DNA of 64,000 nucleotides from Octopus vulgaris (taxonomy: Eukaryota): assembly GCA_951406725.2 (NCBI GenBank), contig OX597826.1, positions 33,542,001 to 33,606,000 of the forward strand, in the 5' to 3' direction. Position 1 is the stretch's first letter. Each line of letters starts with the position of its first letter. A program made the position numbers and the translations under genes. Of this stretch, positions 52,900 to 64,000 are shown piece after piece. The notes under the pieces were generated by a model that searched no databases, was not told the origin of the DNA, and saw only the letters and a program-made list of their open reading frames with translations.

Positions 52900-53315
52900 T
52901 ATAGATAGATAGATAGATGCATGTATATGTGCATGTATATATGTGGTTACATTTTGTTCAGGTAATTGTAATAAATGACACTAGTGAAGAACTCAACAAT
53001 CCAAAGTAAAGATTCTTGGTATGTACTGCCTTCTTATATCACACGGTGAGATATTGTTGATCTCCTCTCATAAAACCCTTACTCTCCACTTACTGGTTCC
53101 CATCATCACATTGCGGTCATGCTGCAGCACTCCCTTCAAGGTGTATTAGTACGTTATGACAAAATCTGAGTTATGTTTGATATTTATTTCATCCATTGTG
53201 TAAGATAGAAAATGTAATGCCATATGGACGTTGGATTAAGGGATGTTAACTTGGATTTAGACATAAATATTGTGAAGTATTCCTACTGGAATATACCAAT
53301 CCCAACTAATATATA

Positions 53316-53359
<44 letters not shown>

Positions 53360-53370
53360 GCTAGCTAGCT

Positions 53371-53410
<40 letters not shown>

Positions 53411-53591
53411 AGCTACGGCATTACATATTCTAAAATTGGATGATGATGATGATGATATGTATGTATCTATATCTATATACACACACACACTATATATATA
53501 TTCATAGGTATATATATGTATGTATATATATATATATATATATATACATTTATATATATATACATACATATACATGTATATACATATATAT

Positions 53592-54810
53592 ATAAAACTT
53601 AGATAAAACTTAGATATGTTTCGACCAGAGATTGGTCCAGGCCATGTCTAACTTAATAGCACCACCTGATAGGATTATTCGAATCCTGTTTAAGTCAAGT
53701 TTTGTTCAAGTAGTGAGTTCTTGTTGGGTGAGTTGTATCCAGTTTTGTTCAAGTAGTGAGTTCTTGTTGGGTGAGTTGTATCCAATTATGGGTGGCTTGT
53801 CTGGTATTCTTTGAAGGAATCTATCCAGACTCTGTTTGAAGTTGATGGGATCCTTTTCCTCTTTGATCTCCCTCGGGACAATGTTAAATAGGGCAGGGCC
53901 TGTTGAGGAAAAGAAATTATGTTGCAGTGTACATGTATGTTGTGATCTTGAATTTGGCAGGGGACGTATAGCCCGTGGTCCAAGTCTCGGATGAACCTTG
54001 AAGCTAATGTTTAGGTCGTTTGGGCAAAGTTGGCGGTATATTTTCCACATCGTACAAATGATGTACCGCTCACGGCGACGCTGGAGGGAGTAAAGTTTCA
54101 AGGCTTTAAGGCGATCCCAATAGTCGAGAGCAGCCATGCCTTCAATTTGTTTAGTGAGAGCCCTCTGGGGTGACTCAATTCTGGAGATGTTTTGTCTTGT
54201 GTGAGGAGACCACAGTGGGCAGCAGTATTCAAGGTGTGGCCGTACAAAGGATGAAAAAAGTGGTATGATGACACCTTGTTCTCTGGACCGGAAAGTTCTT
54301 AAGATCCAGGAACTCATCCTACGAGCTGTATCGACCTTCTTGTTGATGTGTGCACTCCAACTGAGATCGTCATCAACAATTACACCCAGGTCTCTGATAT
54401 TGTTAGAGGCTGTGAGCGGTTCCCCTGAAGGAAGAGAGTATGGTTGTTTTAGTGAGGAATTTCTTCCAAAATGCATCAGCTCAAATTTTCCCTCATTCAG
54501 TTGCATTTTGTTTCTGTCTGCCCATTGACTCACAGCATATAGGTCAGACTGGAGTTGAGTTCGGTCTGCTTCTTCATTGACGATTTGCTGGAGCTTAGTG
54601 TCATCAGCGAATATTTTCACTTTGCAGTGATGTACGACACTGGAAAGGTCGTTTACATAAATTATGAAGAGTAGCGGACCCAAAACAGTTCCCTGGGGAA
54701 CACCGCTGGTGACTTTTGCTGGGTTTGAGTGGACTCCATCAACTACAACATGTTGTGTTCTATTCGCTAGGAAATACTGAATCCAGTGTAGAACTTTTCC
54801 ACGGATTCCA

Positions 54811-54811
<1 letters not shown>
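53592..54811 (-). mobile_element. 5'-truncated CR1-group LINE: uninterrupted RT C-terminal frame, short 3' UTR, 11-bp tail repeats
   Basis: VTSGVPQGTVLGPLLFIIYVND, IFADDTKL, RDLGVIVD, VRPHLEYCCPLWSP and LYSLQRRR motifs over ~365 stop-free codons. Tail (CTAAGTTTTAT)x2 on the minus strand at 53592-53613; both flanks (TA)n. Confidence 0.95.
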
Positions 54812-54866
<55 letters not shown>

Positions 54867-54890
54867 TGTATGTATGTATACACACACACA

Positions 54891-55750
54891 CAAGGTGCGA
54901 AGAGTAAATTGCTACCAGTTTATATTTTCAATTTCATGCACATTGCTGGTTTTTGATTTCATCAACTACAGAGTACAGTAGGGTCAATTGAGCACCATCT
55001 GTGAGGAAAACAACACCATGACACAACTCACTATGCCGGAAATTTGGAAACGACATGCTGCACTGCTTGGCATTCATGCCAGAAGCTCCGCTACGAACAT
55101 TTCAGAGTGTCTGAGTGTCAATCTGTGGACATGTACCGAGAGTGATAAAAATCAAACATCCAGTCAACTTCATGATGTTTGGAGTGATGGCGACATTATG
55201 CCTCCAGTCATCTTCCTACACGGTCTCAGACTCAACACAGAGGCTTACATCAAGTGCTGGGGGAGTTAGTATTGCCCTGGGTCAAGAGGGTGGCTACTGG
55301 AAGACTCTGTGTCTGGTAACTGGACTCTGCACCATGCCACACAAGCAGGAGAACCCAGTCATGGTTTTCAGACAATTTCTGTGATCACATCAGCCCTAAT
55401 ATATGGCCACCTAATTCCCCACACTGCAACCCCACCTTGATTATTATGTGTGGGGCACAGTTGAGTGGGAGATCGACAAAACACTTTGTAACACCAAAGA
55501 TGAACAGAAGGCAAGGATTATGGCAGCATTCACCAACTTAAACAAGGAGACTGTACAGAAGACTTGCAGGTGATTGTGAAGTTGTTTGGATGCTGTGGCT
55601 GAAAACAATGACGATTTTGTTGAATAAATTTACTCTTTAGTATTTCAAGATATTTTCATGTAATTTTAGTAAATACAAGTGTTAAAATGTGATGTCAACG
55701 TTATTTTCACTTTTGCATAATTTAGACGACAGTTTATTAACCACACCCTG
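54891..55750 (+). mobile_element. Internally deleted Tc1/mariner maT-type (DD37D) transposon
   Basis: ATG at 55018, then KHPVNFMMFGV, GDIMPP, DSAPCHTSRRTQSW, WPPNSPHCNP(fs)LDYYVWG. Second-to-third D spacing is 37 after removing a 2-nt insertion. Ends CAAGGTGCG.../...CACACCCTG|TA. Confidence 0.88.
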
Positions 55751-55752
55751 TA

Positions 55753-55814
<62 letters not shown>

Positions 55815-56419
55815 AGTATATATATGTACATACATATAAATATACTCTGTTATTCTGTTAAGCGTTTCAGCCCTAAGGCTGTGGCAATGCTGGGGCACCG
55901 ATATATATCGTGTACTGCTCCATTATTGATAGGATCAACAAAAAAGTACTCCATCCAACATGAGATGAATATCATCTACTAAATACAGGATGTATATTTA
56001 AATAGGATCTACTGTATGTTTTATGCTGAAATAGGGCAGTAACTGGCCAAGTTTGTATGACATGAAATCATTTAGCATTCTGCAATTGTTCAGGTTTCAG
56101 GTTCTAACAATAAAAAATTACAAAGAGTGAATGAGAGACTGAAGGAAAGAGAGAGGGAGAGAGGGAGTGATAGAAATGGGGTGAAGAGAGCAAGCGTTAT
56201 GTGTTTCTAGTCTTCAGAGAAAAAGAGAAATATTACCTTAGTAGGAAACAGTTCAGGGTTGATAACAGAAAGGGTATCCAGCCATAAAATACCTGCCTCA
56301 GTGAATTCTGCCTGACTCAATTGAGCATATAAAAGGGGACATGAAAGCAATATTTATATATATACACACATACACACAGACACACACACACATATATTTA
56401 TCATGCAATCATGTAATCA

Positions 56420-56700
56420 ATCAGATTTGTGAATGTTGTTACACATCACTGGTCACAATGTTCTTTGATTCATTTTCCCTTCTAAATGATATCACCTTGC
56501 TGGTTAGGTGAGAAGATCAACACTCTGCCTTGATTGGAAGCCTAATCCATCACAGGGTGTACCCATTTGCAGCCGGGTGAACTGGAAGAACATGAAATAA
56601 ACTGTTTTGCTGAAGAACACATGAAAGCCAGTCTGGGAATTGAAACCACAATTTCATGATCATGAGCGCAACATGCCTGACCACTAAGCCATGTGCCTTC
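56420..56700 (-). mobile_element. SINE family D (diverged)
   Basis: Minus-strand GAAGGCACATGGCTTAGTGGTCAGG...GTTTCAATTCCC. Confidence 0.7.
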
Positions 56701-57293
56701 CTCCTCCCACACATATACATACATGTATACATATTTATAAATATACTTACATACATACATAGTATACATGTATATATGTATGTACATACAGTATATATAT
56801 ATATATAAATATACATTTATAAATATGTATTCACATTGATCATGTGAATGCTTTCCCCCACCAACCAACCTACCACACTATTTCTAAAAATAGCAACCAT
56901 CCTTGCCAAACACACATACAAGACTGGAGATGAAGAAAAATGGTTGGTCATTCCCCTAAAATTCTATAAAAATACTTAAATATGATTTCTGATGAAGCTT
57001 TGACAAAGCAATACATGCTTTCTACTATCAAACACTGTCTACAAATTCTTTCTGTATATATACTTATATACAACCATGATCTCTGATGAACTTTTAAATG
57101 ATTATGAATTTATATTACTACCTATTTTGAACACTTTTATGTAAACTTTTTAAACCACAAAGCCTCACTTAACATTTTCTTATTGTGGTCAAAGACTCTA
57201 TCACTGTATTTTGATACATCTATGTTAACCATTTTTTAACACCACAAAGGCTACATAAAGTCTTACATTTTACTTTTGAAAATCTTTTTTTAA

Positions 57294-57513
57294 CCCTTTC
57301 GTTACTGTATTTATTTTGAGATGCTCTGTGTTTCTTTCAATTACTATAAATATAACAAAAAATTTAGTAAAATAACTTGGTTATCATTCAGCTAGTGTTA
57401 GGAACATAAATTGGGACTAAGGTTTGATAGAAGATTTTAATTCAAAACTTATGAAAACAAGACATTTGTACTCAGAACCAGAACCGGTTTCAGCCGGGTT
57501 AGTAACGAAAGGG
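57294..57513 (+). mobile_element. piggyBac-type MITE (220 bp)
   Basis: Perfect 13-bp TIRs CCCTTTCGTTACT/AGTAACGAAAGGG with TTAA on both sides (57290-57293, 57514-57517). Confidence 0.93.
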
Positions 57514-58257
57514 TTAAAAAAGTGAAACCGGTCAAGTCAATAAACATCTTCAAAGACCTCTGCATTTCCAAATCCTCTTCCCTATATATTTTCACTCTTG
57601 CACTACTTTCCAATTTTACTTTATTATACGTATATGTATATATATTTACGCATGCATATATATATACACACACATATTTTATATATTTAGCACAGCCATC
57701 TATATTCATGCGGCTGTTGTAGATATGTGTCAAACACGATCATAGTGGAGTTATGAAAATGTTGGTTTTATTGTTATTAACATATGAGTGTTTATATGTC
57801 AGCAATATTGATTGATATTACATGGTTGAAGTGGCAACTTTGCTAGAAATGATAATGGTTTTTTTTTTGTTTATTTGTTTGTTTTCTGGCCATAGCTGAA
57901 GTCGTATGACAACTAAGTTACTACAGCCGGTCGGTCTTCGGTCTTCATGTGTGGATCTGTGGACAGATGACAGCTTTGTTGTTTGATAGCATGGTCTTCT
58001 TTTTGTTCGTGTTCTGCTTTTCTTTTATTCTCATCAATGTGAAACTGCTTCTTTTTCTTTTTTCTCTAAAAGAAGTAGTTGCTAAGATTAACAAAAATGT
58101 ATAAAAAAACAACTAAATAAGTATATGAAAAAATAACATAAAAATTGACCTAAAAATGTAATCATAAAAGATAAAAGAAAGAAAAGGAGAAAAGGAAAAC
58201 AAATAAATGAAAACTTGAGAAGAATAAGTGGGTATCCTTGAAAATACCATAATAAGG

Positions 58258-58641
58258 ATGGCGCTAGAAATTTCATTGATGAAGTGAGTTTTGGAGCGTT
58301 GTGATCAATAGCAATTGACCTTTTATAGTACTCTCCATTACAGGTGTAGTAGATATAATGAACCTTCACAACATCAAAGAAAGCATCCCCAAACATTATT
58401 GGGAAATCAAGAGGAAGATACAAAGCAAGAACTGCAAGAAGAAAAAGAGGGGTCGGAAGAAGAAGAAGCAGAGGAGGAGGAGGAGGAGGAGAAGAAGAAG
58501 AAGAAGAAGAAGAAGAAGAAGGAGGAGGAGGAGGAGGAGGAGGAGGAGAAGGGAGGAAGGGGAGAAGAAGAAGAAGAAGGAGGAGAAGAAGAAGAAGAAG
58601 GAGGGAAGGAGGAGAAGAAGGAGGAGGAGAGGAAAAAGTAA
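58258..58641 (+). CDS. Tentative two-exon ORF (58258-58283 + 58344-58641), acidic low-complexity product, unknown
   Basis: AGGATGG start, GTGAGT donor at 58284, TTGAC branch-like site, CATTACAG acceptor at 58343. Splicing removes an in-frame stop and gives MALEISLMKCSRYNEPSQHQRKHPQTLLGNQEEDTKQELQEEKEGSEEEE.... No homology recognised. Confidence 0.28.
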
Positions 58642-59941
58642 GAAGAAGGAGGAGGAGGAGGAGGAGAAGAAGAAGGAGGAGGAGGAGAAGAAGAAGGAGG
58701 AGGAGGAGAAGAAGAAGAAGAAGAAGGAAATAAATAAAACATATATATATCAGACTATACAATAAAAATTTGAGAGTGTTTATCCTTCTTAAAAGGGAGC
58801 TTTTTGCGTTATTACATGAACGAAGTACACAGCCATGCTTAAGTAGCGCTAAAATGCATATATTCTGCATGAAGAGAAATAAATAAATAACGGAATGAGG
58901 GAATCAGTGAAGACAGCTGCAATTCCCTGAAGGGAAAGCAGCCTTGCACAAAATGGAGTAAACATTGTTGATCCCCTTTTAACAGGATATTTTGGTTAAA
59001 AGAAATAAAACTAACAAAATGCACGAAGCAAAACGAGAAACTTTTTCTGATATTATTTGTTTGGATATGTGGTATATTTATTTGTTTTAAAGCGTTATAA
59101 CTCAATCAGATTCTGTCAAGGGCAAAAGAATTTCTATATTTACTGAATGTTTTCCTAAGAAGCTTTAATACAAGTGCAAACAAGGCTCTCTGTAAGCTAT
59201 CCTCCAGAGATTAAAGGAATGAAGCAAGTGTTTACAGTCAAGCAGTCTAAATCAGAAAGCTACAAAAACTGATTGAAGATCAGGGGCAGGAAAAACACTG
59301 CATCAAATGATTTGGTTCCAGTCAATGACTCCAGCAAACAAGAATGTATTAGGGTTTGTCAAATAGGGTTACAGTTTTTCTTATTTTTTTTTTATAGAGT
59401 TCTGAAGTGTGAAAGAATGTTAAAGGATTGCAGTGAAGTGAATACGTCTGATTATTAAACCAGCCTCGACTCTTCTGAACTATTTGCTTCCATTTCGACA
59501 TTAAATTCTTTCTATCTTTCTTTCAGGGTTTGTAATTCCAATGATGAAGATGTGACACTTAAATGGGAATGTGTTCTCTTAGACTGAATAGGTGAGAAGG
59601 ATCAGATGAAGCCAAGGAAAATGAAGTAATTTCTATATTGGTAACGGCAATATGGCACAACATTACATGTATGGAAGCAGCTCAAAAGAGATAAAAATTC
59701 CTAAGAACTGAAACCATCACATCTCGCTGGTCAATATAGCTTCATCTATTGCTACTTTGTGTTGCTTCTATGACTAAACAGAACCCCGCTCTTTTCCCTT
59801 CTACCCCCTCCCCCACTTCGGAACTTTCCTCTTGCATCACTTCTCCCATGTCAAATAATTAGTTAACATAACCAAAGAAATCAATAAACAAACATTATTC
59901 ACAACATAATTCATTTCTTGAAAATTTTGTGATTGAATTCT

Positions 59942-60114
59942 TCTGCTATCAATGAGTGTGACGGAAAAACGTGTCCTTCATATAGGCTGCTCTCATTGAG
60001 CGTAAAGGAAGTGTGTGCTTCTTGTAAGCTATTATCAATTTGTGTATGAAAGAAAGGGGGTACTTCATGGAGGCTGTTATCAACTAGTGTGAAGAAAGAG
60101 TATATTTCATGTAG
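59942..60114. repeat. Four degenerate 42-45-bp tandem units
   Basis: Units at 59942 (44), 59986 (42), 60028 (45) and 60073 (42), consensus GCTGYTATCAA...GTG.A.GAA...CTTCATGTAG. Confidence 0.7.
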
Positions 60115-60439
60115 CATGCTACATGTGAGAGATAACTGCAAATGACTGCAACAAATGAATACGCAGAAAAATTAATAAGACCCTGTTGAATAAATAAATA
60201 TATGGATGGCAGGCATGGTTGGGGTGGTTAAGGAACTTGTATTTGTACGCATATGGCTTTGGACTCAGTCCCACAATGTGGCAATTTGGATAAGTGTCTT
60301 CAACTACAGCCCCGAGCCAAACAATGCTGTGAGGGGATTAGATAGGCATGGAAAACTGTGTGGAAGACTGTTGTGTGTATGTATCTATATCTATATATAT
60401 ATACACACACACATATTTATATATATATATGTGTATATA

Positions 60440-60620
60440 CATCATCATCATCATTTAACATTTGATTTTCGTGCTGACATGGACTGGATGGTTTTGACAG
60501 GAGCTGACAGGCTGAAGGGCTGTTCAGGCTCCCTATCTGTTTTGGCATGGTTTCTACAGCTGGATGCTCTTCCTAATGCCAACCATTGTACTGAGTGCTT
60601 TTACACAGCGCTGGCATGAG
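60440..60620 (-). mobile_element. SINE-like family C 3' part
   Basis: (CAT)n TTTAAC...CAGCTGGATGCTCTTCCTAATGCCAACCA. Confidence 0.8.
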
Positions 60621-62015
60621 ATGAAGATGATGATGATGATGACGTTGATGAGTGTGAAGAAATGGATTTTAATCTAATGATTTTATAATCTGAAACCATT
60701 ACTGCTTTTGCCATGAATCCATTTTATTCTGATATGTAGAAAGAATCAACGTTAGCAAAGTCTATAAACACACTCACCAGTTGTTTTTTTGTTTACATTT
60801 CACTTCTCTTTCATTTTCCAAAACAATTAATGTTTGTTTTTGTCCCCTTAAACTTTTTTCATTGCACCATCCTGTTGTTACATCACAGTTAATAAATAAA
60901 TTACCAGTCATGTACTGGGGCCAGTTATTTCTTTAGTCTTTTTCTCTCTTTTTTTCTTTTGAACGGCTTAGTAATAACCAGACATTTCACCAAAATCGTT
61001 CATTATTATCTTTCTTCTATTTGAAAAGGGGAATTTTTTCCCAAAATGTTACAGTATTATTGAACATACAATATCTTTTCTCATACAATATCTTGTTTTC
61101 ATTTATTGACATCACCTTACATATTTTGCTTTAATCCTCACCTGTATTGCTTAAAGGTTTTTTAAAATATTTATCTCATTTATAATATATATTGTCATTT
61201 AAACACAAGACATTTATGTTTCCAAACCAGGCTTCTTTCCAATGTTTATTTAACATAACTCATTTCACACAAGTTGTCATTATTTAAATATTTGAATTAT
61301 TCAAATTTTGAATTGCTTCCATTAATTGAATTGTCCATATCTGCAGCTTGATTCTAATAGCACCAAGGTTTTTCTTCATTCACACAAAGGTCCAGACATG
61401 GTTTGACATCATGGGTAGGTCTTAATGGTGCAAACAAAACTTAAAGGCATCAGTATGGTTGTAGGGATACAGTGTTTGTAATGTAATGATGTGGTTGTGA
61501 GTTCTATTTCACTGTGTGGAACCTTGCCCTGTAACAGCATGCTAAATAATGTCTTATGAGGAGAAGTGGTTGGTAGATCCTACATAAAAACCTTTCATAT
61601 GTATGTGCATGTGTGATAGTGTACATGCGTATTAGTGTGTGTGTATATATATATATATATATAGAACAAAACACAGTAGTGGGCATTAGAACATTCGGAC
61701 AGATAGATGATACAAAGGCAGACAAGAGAAACAACATTTAGAAGGACGAACAAAAAAGAAAAGTCATTCTTGGCTTTCTTTCATCAGTCAAGTCACAGAA
61801 GTCATGACCACTTTGGGCAGTTACACTTGAGACGGTTCGATATGGTTTCCTCCAAAAAAGTCTAAGCTAAGAGCATTAGATACCTTTGTAAGAAAGCTAG
61901 CGAATGTGTACGGTAACAAAGACAAAAAAAAACAACAAATAAACAAAAAGTGGAGCACATGGTACACCATTACGAATACAAACAAGAAATAAACATACTT
62001 ATGTGTGTGTCTATA

Positions 62016-62213
62016 TATTTCTTTACTACCCACAAGGGGCTAAACACAGAGGGGACAAACAAGGACAGAAAAGGTATTAAGTCGATTACATCAATCCTCA
62101 GTGCATAACTGGTACTTAATTTATCGACCCTGAAAGGATGAAAGGCAAAGTCGACCTTGGCGGAATTTGAACTCAGAATGTAACGGCAGACGAAATACGG
62201 CTACGCATTTTGC
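62016..62213 (-). mobile_element. SINE family B, 5'-truncated, with TSD
   Basis: TGTGTGTCTATAT at 62004-62016 and 62215-62227. Confidence 0.88.
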
Positions 62214-62289
62214 ATGTGTGTCTATATATGTATATATATATATGCATGTGTGTGTGTATATATATATATATAAATATAAATATATATAT

Positions 62290-62880
62290 AATTAGAAAGT
62301 AACTTAATAAAATAAAACATTACAGAGGATATATTATAAATAATTAAGATTATTTATGAATATATCAATGGCCAAACATATTATCATAAAATACAAATAA
62401 TTATGAACAAATCACAATTATAACTAAGAGGGTTACAAACTCTTACATGTTAAAAATAATTATAAACATTCTTCTTATTTGTATTTCATGATAACATGTT
62501 CGGCCAATGATAAATTTATAAATAATCTTAATTATTTATAATATATCTTCTGTTCTGCTTTATTACATTACTTTCTAATTATTTAAATTTTCCTAACTCA
62601 TATCTTTTCACATAAATGCTGTGCATGACATTAGAATTCAAAACTTGATTGCATAGATAGAGGTCGAAACATTTCACTTGCCAGTCGGGATTCATGTTTG
62701 CCCTAAGTTGAAGTCTTGTTTTGATTTCTATCTATAGGAATATTTCCTCTGATGAGACAAATGGGCCCCTTAAGAGGTTCCTGATGTCGAAATTGTGATA
62801 GTGAATTAACCAGTTATTTTTAACATGTAAGGGTTTTGAAACCCTCTTTAGTTATAATTATAATTATAAAAGTTCTTCTT
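62290..62880 (+). mobile_element. Penelope/retrozyme-like unit (~404 bp, terminally redundant, hammerhead core) preceded by an inverted partial copy
   Basis: 21-bp direct repeat at 62456 and 62860. CTGATGA-GACA...TGTC-GAAA at 62749-62792. 62290-62460 is the reverse complement of the unit's end joined to its start. Confidence 0.65.
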
Positions 62881-62990
62881 CTATATATATTAAGCAATAA
62901 TAAATCTCTGAGCAAGGTATAAACAGTAGCCACATGACATCGTGTTACATACATATGTATGTGTCTATATATGTGTATGTGTATATACAT

Positions 62991-63049
<59 letters not shown>

Positions 63050-63146
63050 ACGGGAAGCTTTATGAAAATAAACAAAAGACGAAGGCAGGTGGAATACAAA
63101 CAAACAATTGTATTAGTATGGCGCTCAGGAATATAAATAAAACAAG

Positions 63147-63184
63147 TCTTTTACGTTTCGAGCCTACGCTCTTCAACAGAAAGA
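63147..63184 (-). ncRNA. Minimal hammerhead-like motif with variant core CUGUUGA
   Basis: TCTTT-CTGTTGA-A-GAGC-gtag-GCTC-GAAA-CGTA-AAAGA: perfect stems I and II, ACGT palindromic stem III, GUA triplet. Confidence 0.65.
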
Positions 63185-63273
63185 TACACAGAAAAGAAAC
63201 ATGGAGAGAAACAAGGAGAGAAAAAAATGCGTGCAGAAGCTAGCAAATCAACATGGCGATCTGATTCCGAACA

Positions 63274-63311
<38 letters not shown>

Positions 63312-63349
63312 TATATATATGCATATGCACACACGTGTATAAAGATAGG

Positions 63350-63503
63350 GCACCACTTTTAGCTGAACAGATCAACCCCAGGGCTTATTATTTGTAAGCC
63401 TAGTACTGGTCTCTTTTTCCAAACCACTAAGTTACGGGGACATAAACACACCAACATTAGTTGTCAAGCAATAGTGGTAGACACACAAACACAGACACAC
63501 AAG

Positions 63504-63563
<60 letters not shown>

Positions 63564-63726
63564 CGATGGGCTTCTTTCAGTTTCTGTCTACTAAATCCAT
63601 TCACAAGGCTATGGTTGGCCTGGGGCTATAATAGAAGACACTTGCCCAAGTTGCCATGTACTGGGACTGAACCTTAAACCATATGGCTGGTAAGCAAGCT
63701 ACTTACCACACAGCCACTCCTGCACC

Positions 63727-63727
<1 letters not shown>
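63350..63727 (-). mobile_element. SINE family A
   Basis: Reverse complement of the A consensus, ending TTACCACACAGCCACTCCTGCACC. Confidence 0.88.
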
Positions 63728-63757
<30 letters not shown>

Positions 63758-63781
63758 GTGTATATACACATACACATATAT

Positions 63782-63950
63782 ATAGGGAGAGTTTACGAAA
63801 AAACAAAAGACGATGACAGGTGATGTACAAAACAAACAGATGTATTAGTATAACACTCAGGAATAGAAAAGTCTTTTATATTTTGACCCAAGGCTCTTCT
63901 ACAGAAAGGGACACAGAAAAAACAAGGAGAGAAAAAAAAGGAGAGGAAAA
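63782..63950 (-). mobile_element. Third copy of the CUGUNGA-hammerhead repeat family (decayed)
   Basis: Minus 63909-63872 reads CCTTT-CTGTAGA-A-GAGC-CTTG-GGTC-AAAA-TATA-AAAGA. Confidence 0.7.
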
Positions 63951-64000
63951 ATATATATAATATATATATATATATATAATATATATATATATAATATATA

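Noticed and set aside
54812-54893. Apparent N-terminus and start codon of the 395-aa ORF
   Set aside because: Lies in the flanking (TA)n/(TG)n tract. The LINE is 5'-truncated, so this is not a real gene start.
57915-58870. 260-aa minus-strand ORF and a short acceptor-preceded minus frame near 57915-58065
   Set aside because: The long ORF is dominated by microsatellite translation, and the short frame has no supporting homology.
59398-59591. Possible downstream exons after pyrimidine tracts at 59397 and 59526
   Set aside because: Acceptor phases fit the 58.3-kb candidate, but the linking donor would be weak (GTCTGA) and the peptides are short and unrecognised; not reported without RNA evidence.

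Overview
AT-rich, microsatellite-dense eukaryotic DNA, probably intronic or intergenic. The SINE families and the repeat landscape suggest a coleoid cephalopod (Octopus-like); this is inference. I found no confidently identifiable host gene, rRNA, true tRNA or CRISPR array, and nearly all ORFs in the track are microsatellite or SINE artefacts. The window is a mosaic of mobile elements. It holds four recurrent SINE-like families (labelled A-D here), a young 5'-truncated CR1-type LINE with an uninterrupted RT frame, an R4/Dong LINE 3' end inside a (TAA)n tract, and RTE and Dong relics. It also holds internally deleted mariner and maT (DD37D) transposons, TTAA-flanked piggyBac-type MITEs, a non-autonomous Helitron, a 285-bp foldback, and a ~330-bp tandem array fused to SINE tails. 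The most interesting signal is at least four sequence-unrelated small repeat families carrying minimal type-I hammerhead ribozyme motifs of the Penelope/retrozyme kind. These are: a tRNA-headed SINE ending in a hammerhead, a family with a non-canonical CUGUNGA core, a ~400-nt circularly permuted retrozyme-like unit, and a solitary core. One weak spliced-gene candidate lies near 58.3 kb. All alignments were done by eye, so element boundaries are approximate.
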